The notes beneath the pieces were generated by a model, which was not told the origin of the DNA, did not search any database, and saw nothing but the letters and a program-made list of their open reading frames with translations. A DNA stretch of 64,000 bases from a virus. Each line of letters starts with the position of its first letter. Position 1 is the stretch's first letter. Position numbers and translations under genes: made by a program. The stretch is taken from positions 64,001-128,000 of the IMG/VR virus record IMGVR_UViG_3300025018_000102, one strand, 5' to 3'. Positions 38,187-46,806 of this stretch are shown here, in pieces.

Positions 38187-40310
38187 TTACCCTAGGATGC
38201 CCCACTTGAGGCCTCGGTATTTGGCGAGGTACCGGTTCTTGTTATCGTCGAACCAGTCCTTGTGGGCTTGGATGGAAGCTGTGTAGATTCCGTACGTCTG
38301 CTGGGCCGTGTAGGACACGCTCATAGACACACCGTCTCGTGAAGTGGAAACACTGCCTAGACCTGGCCGGAAAGCCGCAGCAAGGGCCGTGAGGGCCTCC
38401 ATGGCGGCCTTCTTGGCAAGAAGTTCTTGAAGGTCTGGAGTCGCATCCCGTAGGCCGGCGATCATGTTGAAGTGCCAGAAGTTGGGCAGGTTGACGGCTC
38501 CTCGAATGGCGTTCACGCCGATGAGGCCAAGGAAGTCAAAAGCGGTCTCTTGGTTGTACGGAACAAGTTGCAGTAGCCCTCCGTGCTCTGAATGCTCAAT
38601 CCACTCTAGGTCAATGTCGATGACACGAGTGTTTGCGATGGCCCCAAACAGAGAGTCCACTCTAAGCAACTTAGGGTAGGGAGTCTTGATGTTTACCCAC
38701 GTATTGTTCGTAGGAATGTAGTACGTGAGAGGGCTCACGATGAAGTCGTAGTCCGTGTCCGTATAGATCGGAAGGGAATTGGCCACTCCAGCCGAGAACT
38801 GGATGGTGGTCGGGTCCGTATCCGTCACCACGTTCGTGGGCTCTAGGAACACATTCTGCAGGAAGTCCTTCTCAATCCACGCAATGGCCTGGTCTAGATA
38901 TCTTCCTAGAGTCGCATCGTCCATGGTCTGCTGGGTGATGAGCAGTTCTTCGACTGCGCCCGTAGTGGGCAACTCGGCCAAGGAGGACACGCGGATGCAG
39001 ATGTACTCTGCGGAGTCTGTGTCTGCTTTGGCAAAGACACCCGAGGCGCCCGCTTTCAGAACCACCACGCCAGCGCCACGAATGACTACCAAAGGCCCGC
39101 CCTTCCAAGAGAGGGTGCGGAGGGTTGAGGTTGTGCCGCCCGTCATGATGCCTACAGAGGCAACCCCGATGGAGTCGACCCCTGTCCCGCTCGCAGTGGC
39201 GGAGAAGTCAGTTAGGCCATCTATTGCAGCAGCGATGAGGGTTGCCGTGTTTGCGGCCGGGACGGGCACTCCCGTGTTCACCGCAAGCGAGATCGTGAGC
39301 GAGGAGGCAGTAGCGGCCACAGACAGCCCGCTAGTACCCACAGGTACCTCCACGATCACGTCCACTCCGTTGCCCAGAGAACCTACAAGCCCCTCGATGC
39401 CCTCTATGGTCACAGTTCCGTTGGCTCCTGAGCCGATGTCCAGGGTGGCGTTTGTGAGCGGGTCCCTAAGGTAGCTGTACGCAAGGGAACCGAAGCCCTC
39501 TGCATGGGCAGGGTCTACCTCTGAGATCTCTACCCCTGTGATGGTCGCGGGCTGGCTCTTAGGCATTTTGATGCTGGTCGCCTTGAGTGGAATACCGAAT
39601 AGGTAGTCCTTCTTCAGCCGGGCAACGGAGACGATTCGAATGTCAAAGTCGTCTGTTGTCGCAGACACCTCATCTGAGCCTCCAGTGAGCGCAACGGCTG
39701 CGGCGGCTGAGAGGGGATCCTCTCCAGTGCCGCTCGCCAGCGCGTAGATTGTAGAAGAATTTGCGTTGATTCGGGCGGCGATGAGTTGGGCTGTGTTGGC
39801 TGAGGCGGTTGGGACCCCGCCCACCGTGGCGAGCGTCACAGTGATTAGCGATCCCGCCTGAGTAACCAGCAGGGCAGATGTGCCCGCTCCTGCCACGACC
39901 TCGACACTGAGAAGGTCCCCATCGACCCCCGCGTCCCTTGCTGCGATGTACACGCTCCCGTTTGCTCCTGAGCCAATAGTGGCTGTGGAGGAGATGGCAG
40001 GCACGTACGCTTTGATGAAGTACTTGCCGTGACGAATCAGCGAGATGAGGTCGGAGTCAACAAGGTCTGGTAGAAAGAACGAGGCAGACAGTTCTTGAGG
40101 GTCGTCATTGCCGTCAAGTTCTAGTGAACGAGTTGCCACAACTGCATCACGGGCCCGCCGGGCCTTGATCAAGTCCACAGTGATTGGCTCCCCCGAATAG
40201 GGAGAGCCTCCAACGGCAGAGACTGCTACGTTGATTGTGTCCAGACTCTTCTCGTACCTTGAGTACTCAGGCGAATCTGTGGTTACTGTGATGCTAGTTG
40301 GGATTGCCAT
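38187..40310 (-). CDS. Putative head-tail adaptor protein with inserted modules
   Basis: LKKDYLFGI, YLDQAIAWIE and GSVSTSRDGVS.S motifs, plus two ATIGSGANG modules. Confidence 0.65.
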   Translation of the reverse strand: MAIPTSITVTTDSPEYSRYEKSLDTINVAVSAVGGSPYSGEPITVDLIKARRARDAVVATRSLELDGNDDPQELSASFFLPDLVDSDLISLIRHGKYFIKAYVPAISSTATIGSGANGSVYIAARDAGVDGDLLSVEVVAGAGTSALLVTQAGSLITVTLATVGGVPTASANTAQLIAARINANSSTIYALASGTGEDPLSAAAAVALTGGSDEVSATTDDFDIRIVSVARLKKDYLFGIPLKATSIKMPKSQPATITGVEISEVDPAHAEGFGSLAYSYLRDPLTNATLDIGSGANGTVTIEGIEGLVGSLGNGVDVIVEVPVGTSGLSVAATASSLTISLAVNTGVPVPAANTATLIAAAIDGLTDFSATASGTGVDSIGVASVGIMTGGTTSTLRTLSWKGGPLVVIRGAGVVVLKAGASGVFAKADTDSAEYICIRVSSLAELPTTGAVEELLITQQTMDDATLGRYLDQAIAWIEKDFLQNVFLEPTNVVTDTDPTTIQFSAGVANSLPIYTDTDYDFIVSPLTYYIPTNNTWVNIKTPYPKLLRVDSLFGAIANTRVIDIDLEWIEHSEHGGLLQLVPYNQETAFDFLGLIGVNAIRGAVNLPNFWHFNMIAGLRDATPDLQELLAKKAAMEALTALAAAFRPGLGSVSTSRDGVSMSVSYTAQQTYGIYTASIQAHKDWFDDNKNRYLAKYRGLKWGILG

Positions 40311-41251
40311 TACGCGATGTCAAACAGGTTGCTGGAGGTCGATGGAACGACGAAGGTACGGCCGTAGTTTGCGGCGGGGATGGAGGCCTCCATCGCCGTG
40401 CCGGCAATCAGTTCAGCAGTGAAGAACCCCTGTGCGTCGGTTGTAGCGCTAATGAACTCATTCGTGATTACCAGGCCAGAGTCTGCTGCTCGGCGCACAG
40501 TGGGTGAACCTAGAGTCCTGAACCCTACCTTCGCTCCAACTACTGGAGTACCCTGTGGGCCTGACACGTAGCCAAAGACAGAAACCGTAGGGACTGGCAG
40601 CGCCCCAGAGCTGCTGGCCTCTGTGAAGGCTGCCACCACGTTGGCCTGCACAAGGGCAGGCTTGGTGTACTCGCCGGTGACTCGGATTGCGAGCGACCCG
40701 AGCACCGAGGTGTCTGTGGCATCGAGTTGTAGGGAGAAGAACCCCCCTCCTAGGTTGGTGAAGTCCCCGTCCGTACCCCCGCTCAGGGCAGTGGGTCCTC
40801 CAGCTACAGAAACCACGGAGGTGCCCAGGCCGACGAAGTTCACATCTACCTCGGAGGCAAGTGCGTCAACGGCAGCCACAATCTGGGCGTAGGTGTTGTC
40901 TGCCGGCACCGGTACGCCAGCCACAACACTCAAACTCACGACGAAAGCGGTGCCTGTTAGGCTGACCGCCAGATCCGAGGTGCCCGCAGGAACCACAATC
41001 TCGAAGGTGTATGAGTTGCCTGCGGTACCGGCTACATAGGCAGTCAGATCCCCAATAGTGGCGGAGGCGTTCGTGGATAGGGTGAACGCTTGGGTCTTGA
41101 AGAAAGTGTCCGTAGACTTCTTCAAGGCAACAGTCAGCGTGTCAAAACCGTACCCGACAAGAGCGGGTGCAGACGAGGCCCCAGTCGAGGCCTCATTCTC
41201 AAGGTAGAAGATTACCTCAGCAGGGGTACTTTGTACTAAGAAGACGGACAC
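40310..41251 (-). CDS. Virion structural protein
   Basis: Contains the shared GTS.L.V...GVP.A.NT module and a C-terminal beta-sandwich (G.V..PQGTPV.GA...TTDAQGFF). Confidence 0.65.
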   Translation of the reverse strand: MSVFLVQSTPAEVIFYLENEASTGASSAPALVGYGFDTLTVALKKSTDTFFKTQAFTLSTNASATIGDLTAYVAGTAGNSYTFEIVVPAGTSDLAVSLTGTAFVVSLSVVAGVPVPADNTYAQIVAAVDALASEVDVNFVGLGTSVVSVAGGPTALSGGTDGDFTNLGGGFFSLQLDATDTSVLGSLAIRVTGEYTKPALVQANVVAAFTEASSSGALPVPTVSVFGYVSGPQGTPVVGAKVGFRTLGSPTVRRAADSGLVITNEFISATTDAQGFFTAELIAGTAMEASIPAANYGRTFVVPSTSSNLFDIA

Positions 41252-41275
41252 TAATCAACTCTCCCGTACACATAG

Positions 41276-41316
41276 AAAAAGGGCAGTGCACTACACAAAG
41301 TATAGCACACTGCCCT
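41276..41316 (-). terminator. 17-bp hairpin terminator with an embedded TGCTATACT extended -10
   Basis: AGGGCAGTGTGCTATAC-TTT-GTGTAGTGCACTGCCCT followed by TTTT. Confidence 0.75.
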
Positions 41317-41336
41317 AACTTCAGTAAGTGGTGTTC

Positions 41337-41666
41337 TTACTGGTTGACGTCATCCAGACTTAGTGCCTTGACATTCGATGTGTCTCCGGCAACAAAACCT
41401 GGGCGACGTGGATGCCGGTTCATGGGACGAAGCCCCACCAACTCTGCTCCAGTGCCTACATATGCGTCAGTACTCGTGGCTGTGGTAAAGTCGCTGTCCA
41501 CCCCTGTATTCAGGGTGTTCGCTAGTGCCTCTTGGAAATCTTCAAACGCCGTAAAGGTCGTTCCTGCTAGATTCTCAAGCACATGCAAAAGCCCATTTAG
41601 GGACTTACGCAACTGATCCACTTCCGCCGAGGACTGATCGCCAACTACAAGTCGTACATTAGCCAT
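41337..41666 (-). CDS. Hypothetical protein
   Basis: 109 aa with a strong GGAGGAG RBS. Confidence 0.75.
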   Translation of the reverse strand: MANVRLVVGDQSSAEVDQLRKSLNGLLHVLENLAGTTFTAFEDFQEALANTLNTGVDSDFTTATSTDAYVGTGAELVGLRPMNRHPRRPGFVAGDTSNVKALSLDDVNQ

Positions 41667-41678
41667 GTCTTACTCCTC

Positions 41679-42287
41679 CTACTTCTTACTCTTTGATTTG
41701 CGACCAGAAGCCGCTGGTTTTTGTGATTCTTTGGGTTTTGCCTCTTCAGCAACTTTTGCCTCTTCAGCCTTAGCCGCCTCTTCAGCAACTTTTGCCTCTT
41801 CAGCAACTTTTGCCTCTTCAGCCTTAGCAGCCTCTTCGTCAGCAACTTTTGCCCCTTCAGCAGCTTTTGCCTCTTCAGCAGCATCGTCGGCCTCAGCGGC
41901 CTTGAGCTTGGCAAGAACCTCCAGCGCCTCTTCCGAGGGCATTGGGCTCTTAGGGGCCTCAGCCTCGTCGATGAACGTGTAGCGGCCAGGGCGAACCCGA
42001 GCAATACTCTTCATCAGCGGAAGCTGGTTTTCGGGGAAAGAGGCAACTCCCTCTGAGTCAAACTTGAGCACTAGTTCACCGCGGTCACCAAACACCTGGG
42101 TGCTAGATCGGGCGGAGTTGCTTCGTACTTTGATTCTCTTCATACCTTGTCCTTCAGTTGCTCTTGATCTTGGCTTGTCACTCTCCATTACCTTCCCAAG
42201 GACCTGTTCTAGCGAACTAGGCTTGATATCTTTGCGTAAGTCGGCTGCGCCTTCTGACCATTGGGATATCGAGTTGTACTTCTTCAT
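41679..42287 (-). CDS. Hypothetical protein with C-terminal AEEAK repeats
   Basis: 202-aa ORF downstream of the capsid gene. Confidence 0.75.
   Translation of the reverse strand: MKKYNSISQWSEGAADLRKDIKPSSLEQVLGKVMESDKPRSRATEGQGMKRIKVRSNSARSSTQVFGDRGELVLKFDSEGVASFPENQLPLMKSIARVRPGRYTFIDEAEAPKSPMPSEEALEVLAKLKAAEADDAAEEAKAAEGAKVADEEAAKAEEAKVAEEAKVAEEAAKAEEAKVAEEAKPKESQKPAASGRKSKSKK
41737..41883 (-). repeat. Imperfect coding tandem repeat (18-nt unit, AEEAKV/AEEAAK)
   Basis: Repeated gcctcttcagcaactttt on the plus strand. Confidence 0.85.
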
Positions 42288-42300
42288 TGGGAAGGGAATG

Positions 42301-42337
42301 GAAAGAAGAGTAGGGCGGAGTTTCCCCCGCCCTACTC
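42301..42337 (-). terminator. Terminator after major capsid gene
   Basis: GAGTAGGGCGG-N8-CCGCCCTACTC followed by TTCTTT. Confidence 0.75.
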
Positions 42338-42342
42338 AGCTA

Positions 42343-43803
42343 TTAGCTGCGGGTTTCGAGGGCGCCGATGTTGATCAGGCGGATCCACTTCTTACGAGCG
42401 AACATGATGGGTGTACCGTACAGGAGGATCATCCAGCGGTATGCGGGGCTAAGCACCGCAAGGTCCATCTTCATCATCGGCATCAGCTGACGGAAGGTAA
42501 GGACGCTAGGCGTCATCTCTCCGATGTAGGCTGTGCTGGTGAACGGAAGCGTGAGATTCACGTCCGAGACCGTGGTGACGCCAGCTGCAGCTTGCGATGC
42601 TGCTGGAATCTTGGCAATCAGGGCGTAGTCACCTAGGCTCGAAGGAACAGCCGCGCCGGAAGCTTGCGCTCGGCAACGATAGACCTTGAAGTACTCAGGA
42701 GGCTGCGCGCCAATTGTGGCCGCGTTGGTGATGGTGAGGGTGATCGACGCACCGGAAGCCTTCTGGCCGGCCGAGATACTGGTAAGGGCACCTGGGACTG
42801 CAGTAGGAGCTGACTCGCCGAAGCGGTTGGCGGCCGTAACCACGTAACCGTACTCGTTTGCGCCCGCCCCCGCACCCTTGACGAAGTCACCATCAGTCGC
42901 GCCGCCAGCCACGACTGCTGCGATGGACGCAGGAGTTGCAGGAGCGTTCGAACTGGTAGCTGCCGAAGGAGCTGGAGGAGTCTTCTGAATGAAGACGTCG
43001 GGGTTCATCTCAATGTCACCCGCTGAGGTGGCGATCGAGCCGATGGTCATGCCGACCTTACCGTTCACCGGGGCAGGCATCTGGATGCGCTGACGTGGGT
43101 AGAACGTCTTGGTCAAGTCACTGTGGGTCCGGAAGCCGGAGAAGAAGTCCGTTGGGAAACCGAAGTTCTCAAGAACGATGTTGGTGGCCTCTTCAATGTC
43201 GGCTTCTTGAGCAGCGTGGCCCTCAAGGTCAAGCACCGAAGTGGGGTCGATGAGCGAGTCAAGACCGTCCCACTGCTCGGCTTCACCATCAAAGGCAAGC
43301 GAGGAGTCACCTGTGAACAGGCTTCGCTCGATTTGCTCCATGAGGTGCATGATGCCGTTTTGGTTCTCGAGGGCGATTAGGTCGCCGTGGGCAGGTGTCA
43401 CAAGTGATGCCTGGTGAGTAACCTCACGCACAGTTCCTAGGAACTTAACGAGTTTGGTTTGACGGCTGTAGGACGAATCGCTGGCCTGCGGGAGTTCACC
43501 CTCTCGCGTCCATGGAGTCGCCTGTCCGCCGTAGTCGCTCAACTGGTTGTATTCCTCAACCGTGCTGTATGCGGGGCTCTTGAAGATTTTCTTCCAGAGC
43601 TTGATGTGGCTTGATGTGTGAGTGAGGACCTTGAGCGACAACTCGAGACTCTCAACGCGAAGGCTCGAGCCACCAGTGCGGCCTGCGCCGACTTGGTAAC
43701 CTGCCTCAAGTGCCTTTTGAAGTGATTCCACTTCTTGGGCATTTGTCGCGCCGTGGCCTTCGTAGCCACCACTCTTTGAAAACTGATTTAGACCGATAGA
43801 CAT
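42343..43803 (-). CDS. Major capsid protein (SPO1/Twort-like)
   Basis: LQKALEAGY, SLRVESLE, STVEEYNQ, EGELP and VKFLG motifs. Confidence 0.93.
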   Translation of the reverse strand: MSIGLNQFSKSGGYEGHGATNAQEVESLQKALEAGYQVGAGRTGGSSLRVESLELSLKVLTHTSSHIKLWKKIFKSPAYSTVEEYNQLSDYGGQATPWTREGELPQASDSSYSRQTKLVKFLGTVREVTHQASLVTPAHGDLIALENQNGIMHLMEQIERSLFTGDSSLAFDGEAEQWDGLDSLIDPTSVLDLEGHAAQEADIEEATNIVLENFGFPTDFFSGFRTHSDLTKTFYPRQRIQMPAPVNGKVGMTIGSIATSAGDIEMNPDVFIQKTPPAPSAATSSNAPATPASIAAVVAGGATDGDFVKGAGAGANEYGYVVTAANRFGESAPTAVPGALTSISAGQKASGASITLTITNAATIGAQPPEYFKVYRCRAQASGAAVPSSLGDYALIAKIPAASQAAAGVTTVSDVNLTLPFTSTAYIGEMTPSVLTFRQLMPMMKMDLAVLSPAYRWMILLYGTPIMFARKKWIRLINIGALETRS

Positions 43804-43815
43804 CTGATTCTCTCC

Positions 43816-44775
43816 TTATTGACCTACGGCCTGGCGGACCTTAGCTGCAAGAGCATCCGACATGTGACCATTTGTGTTGTAGCTAACCGCTTCGTGAACC
43901 GAGCATTGTCCCTTTTGGACTAGCTCGCTGATTGTGCTCTCGATGAGGGCCTTGCTGATTTGCTGGCCTTGTGGGGCGTATCCGCCCTTTTCGATCGCTT
44001 GAATGTTCTCCACCGAACGGAAACCGTTGGCTGGAGTCGACTCAATCGCTTCTTGTCGAGCTGCGACGCCTGTGACGGCCTCGCCAAGCGACACGACTGC
44101 GTTCGCTAGGCTCTTCTTGAACTGAGCGTCGTCCGACTGCATGGTGCCGAGGGCATTCATGATCTTCGCGACGGTGCGTTGCTCGGAGGCTGCAATCGCC
44201 TTTGAGAGCACATCACCAAAAGATGCAAGGAACTCTGAGACTTCGAAGCCCTTTGAGACGTCCTCGTCTTCAGCGGCAAAGTCGGCAAGGGACTTGTTCA
44301 TGTCCTTCTTGTCGTCCTCGTCCTCGTCCTCGTCGTCCTTCTTCTTGAACTGCGGAGGAAGGCCCTTCTCGGCATCTTCCTTCTCGTCGTCCTTACCTGC
44401 GAACGCCATCGCCTTGGCGAAGAACGCTGCTTCCTTGACAGTCAGCTCTTCACCCTTGAGGATCTTAGCCGTGATGCCCTTCATGACCTTGCCCTGGGGC
44501 GAATAGTCGGTGCCGTTCTCGGAAACCGAGTCAACGCCTGGACCGTTGTCCGAGACCTTGCTCCAGTCCGATCCGGCCCAGCCCTCGCGGCTCGAGTTCG
44601 CACCCGCGCTGGAGTGCTGTGTTGCGCCTGCACTGGATCCTGCGCCCTTGGAACCATCCTTCATGGACTCGACCTCAGTTGGCTTCGTGCCGCGTGAGGA
44701 GTGTCCCTTCGAGAGATCCCGGAGGTCGCTAAGAGCCTTTGCAAAATCGCCTTGATTTACATTTTGCTCACTCAT
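43816..44775 (-). CDS. Capsid scaffolding protein
   Basis: Charged helical protein between protease and capsid, with many hydrophobic-x-K-[SAG] sites. Confidence 0.75.
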   Translation of the reverse strand: MSEQNVNQGDFAKALSDLRDLSKGHSSRGTKPTEVESMKDGSKGAGSSAGATQHSSAGANSSREGWAGSDWSKVSDNGPGVDSVSENGTDYSPQGKVMKGITAKILKGEELTVKEAAFFAKAMAFAGKDDEKEDAEKGLPPQFKKKDDEDEDEDDKKDMNKSLADFAAEDEDVSKGFEVSEFLASFGDVLSKAIAASEQRTVAKIMNALGTMQSDDAQFKKSLANAVVSLGEAVTGVAARQEAIESTPANGFRSVENIQAIEKGGYAPQGQQISKALIESTISELVQKGQCSVHEAVSYNTNGHMSDALAAKVRQAVGQ

Positions 44776-44776
44776 A

Positions 44777-45541
44777 TTATTGCTCCTTACCTAAATAACT
44801 AAAAATGACGCGCGCAATATTATCTGCCGCGACACGATCTATGTTCAATGTGGACTCAACCAACTTCACGGACTCGTCAAACGAGAGGGACTTTTGAGTT
44901 CTAACGTCCTTCACATCGGAGTCCAAAGACTCTGGAACAAGAGGGTTTCCTCCGGCTCCAACAGTCAGTGCCTTTTCCTCATCGTCGTCTTCGTGCGACT
45001 GTGAGGGGTCCCAACCTTGGGCGGAGAGGCTCTTGGCAATCTCGGCCCACGTGGTGGTGTTCACGGGACAGCTCGTCACTGCCACTTCTTGGATCCAGCA
45101 CTTCTTGATGGTGCTGCCTTCGCGTCGTTGGACCTTCCCCTGAATGGAGAAGCCCATCTTGCGGTTGGAGCCTGCAGCCTGAACGGCGTGCATATGCTCC
45201 CAGATGTCATCTGCGGTCTTCTTTAGGCCGGCGGGGTAGAGGTAGCCCTTTACCCATAGGCCATTTTTGGTAATCTTCGCTTCAGTGGGCTCACCCACTC
45301 GATTGTCTTCACCGGGCTTATGGTCCCAGTTGAAGTATCCCCGCTTAAGGAAGTAGGAGAAGTCTAGACCTGCTTGGTCTACGACCTCACCTTGGAGGTC
45401 ACGTGCGGAAGTCGAGGCGATCCCTTGGATCCACCTGCGCCCCTTTGCATCCACCTTAGGTTTACCGTCCTTGCCGCCCTTAGAGAGCACTTGGCAAGGA
45501 AGCCAAAAGGTAAAAGTGTTTTCGTCATTCCAACCGTTCAA
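44777..45541 (-). CDS. Prohead protease
   Basis: IQGIAST...DLQGE, NWDH (His), GFSIQG (Ser) and VAVT..PVN. The likely start is TTG at 45541; the ORF-track start lies inside the terminator T tract. Confidence 0.9.
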   Translation of the reverse strand: MNGWNDENTFTFWLPCQVLSKGGKDGKPKVDAKGRRWIQGIASTSARDLQGEVVDQAGLDFSYFLKRGYFNWDHKPGEDNRVGEPTEAKITKNGLWVKGYLYPAGLKKTADDIWEHMHAVQAAGSNRKMGFSIQGKVQRREGSTIKKCWIQEVAVTSCPVNTTTWAEIAKSLSAQGWDPSQSHEDDDEEKALTVGAGGNPLVPESLDSDVKDVRTQKSLSFDESVKLVESTLNIDRVAADNIARVIFSYLGKEQ

Positions 45542-45563
45542 AATGGTACTTTCAATGAAAAAC

Positions 45564-45615
45564 AAAAAAGGAGAGCAACCTCGATGACCAAGGTTCGCTC
45601 TCCCTTTATTGGAGA
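45564..45615 (-). promoter_or_regulatory. Attenuator-like leader (terminator with competing upstream pairing)
   Basis: TCTCC-aataaag-GGAGAGC...GCTCTCC-TTTTTT. GGAGA can pair with either copy of TCTCC. Confidence 0.6.
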
Positions 45616-45637
45616 CACTGATTATTTCACTACGCCA

Positions 45638-45666
45638 ATAGTAATATAAGGAGATCTGTCCGTCAA
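45638..45666 (-). promoter_or_regulatory. Sigma70-type promoter of the head operon
   Basis: TTGACG-N17-TACTAT. Confidence 0.7.
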
Positions 45667-45888
45667 CTACTTTCTTATAAAAAGTTTCAACCTAGAAGAC
45701 TTTAGCATACTCTTGACCAGTGTGTCATCTATGGACAGGGGGAAGGGTATGTCTGACCCACAGCCCTTACAGACTACGACTGACGTATTTCCCTTGAGAA
45801 TGATGACTTTTGAGCGAAGCTTGGCCGAGCCGTCGGGCATCGACTTGAGCACCTGCTCTCCACAATGGGTGCAGCACAGTGTTGACAT
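45667..45888 (-). CDS. Small zinc-ribbon protein
   Basis: CTHC and CKGC pairs in 73 aa. Confidence 0.75.
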   Translation of the reverse strand: MSTLCCTHCGEQVLKSMPDGSAKLRSKVIILKGNTSVVVCKGCGSDIPFPLSIDDTLVKSMLKSSRLKLFIRK

Positions 45889-46806
45889 TTATTCGTCCTG
45901 AGTGAACTCTAAGAGAGAAAAAGTGGCCAACCCCAGGACGTGGTTAGCAAAAGATATGAGTAGGGAAGGATGTACGTCTCCTCCCTTGGTGATGTCAAAG
46001 AACGTGTAGTCCCGATCAAACAGTGAGATACTTACTGGCTCCCCAGTTCTCGCATTTACAAAGTGCACGTTGGCGGGCGAGATACGGGCCATAACTCCTT
46101 GGCCCATAGGCACCACACTGCCGGGACGAGGGAACAGACTCTTGATGAGAGGGTAGGTGTCCTCGTGGAACTCCTGAAGTGGGAGGCGCAGAGACTTCTC
46201 CACGTCCTTCGAACGCTCCTCCACCTCATCCATTGCCGCACACAAATCCAAGTTGTTGGCGGCGAAGTAGGACTCTTCGGCGAGTTTCCAGCCGTAAGCC
46301 TGCCCCGTGGCCTTGCTGTACACCCGCTGCTCACTGGGAACTGCTGTGTAGGTGCCGTACCCACTTTTGACGGTGATGGACTCTTGCTTCAGCGCTGCTT
46401 GCTTTTGCCTGGACTTAGGATCACTCGAGTAGGAGGGATGAGGAGTACCCTCGTCTACATCGCCCTCCGGGAAGCTCTCGAGCCCGGAGGCTGCCCAATA
46501 CTCTGGGTTGGCAGGGTGCTCCTTCTTGGCGATCTCCTTGTCCGAGATGTTCGGATCTACGATTCGCCAATGGTATTTAGATAGGCAGAATCCTGGGTTC
46601 ACGTACCCTAGGAGGAACATGAGATTCCCAGAGGCGGAGCCCAGGTACTTCTTGGTGCCCTCTAGGCCGGGGTAACTCGTGGTGAACGTGATGTGAGAGG
46701 CCTTCTTGCCCTTCAGGTGCTCACTTACGGCCTCCAACTTCTTCCAGTTGTCCAAGCCCTTTGCCTTGCGGGCCTTGGCGATGTCTTCTAGTGCGTCAAA
46801 GATCAT
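45889..46806 (-). CDS. Hypothetical protein (putative head cargo)
   Basis: 305 aa with IAKA, VEKS, LIKS and ITKG sites. Confidence 0.75.
   Translation of the reverse strand: MIFDALEDIAKARKAKGLDNWKKLEAVSEHLKGKKASHITFTTSYPGLEGTKKYLGSASGNLMFLLGYVNPGFCLSKYHWRIVDPNISDKEIAKKEHPANPEYWAASGLESFPEGDVDEGTPHPSYSSDPKSRQKQAALKQESITVKSGYGTYTAVPSEQRVYSKATGQAYGWKLAEESYFAANNLDLCAAMDEVEERSKDVEKSLRLPLQEFHEDTYPLIKSLFPRPGSVVPMGQGVMARISPANVHFVNARTGEPVSISLFDRDYTFFDITKGGDVHPSLLISFANHVLGLATFSLLEFTQDE

Noticed and set aside
41645-42004. Alternative-frame ORF with KRQKLL repeats, and possible CRISPR-like repeat
   Set aside because: It is a by-product of the AEEAK coding repeat. There are no unique spacers, and no CRISPR array was seen in the window.
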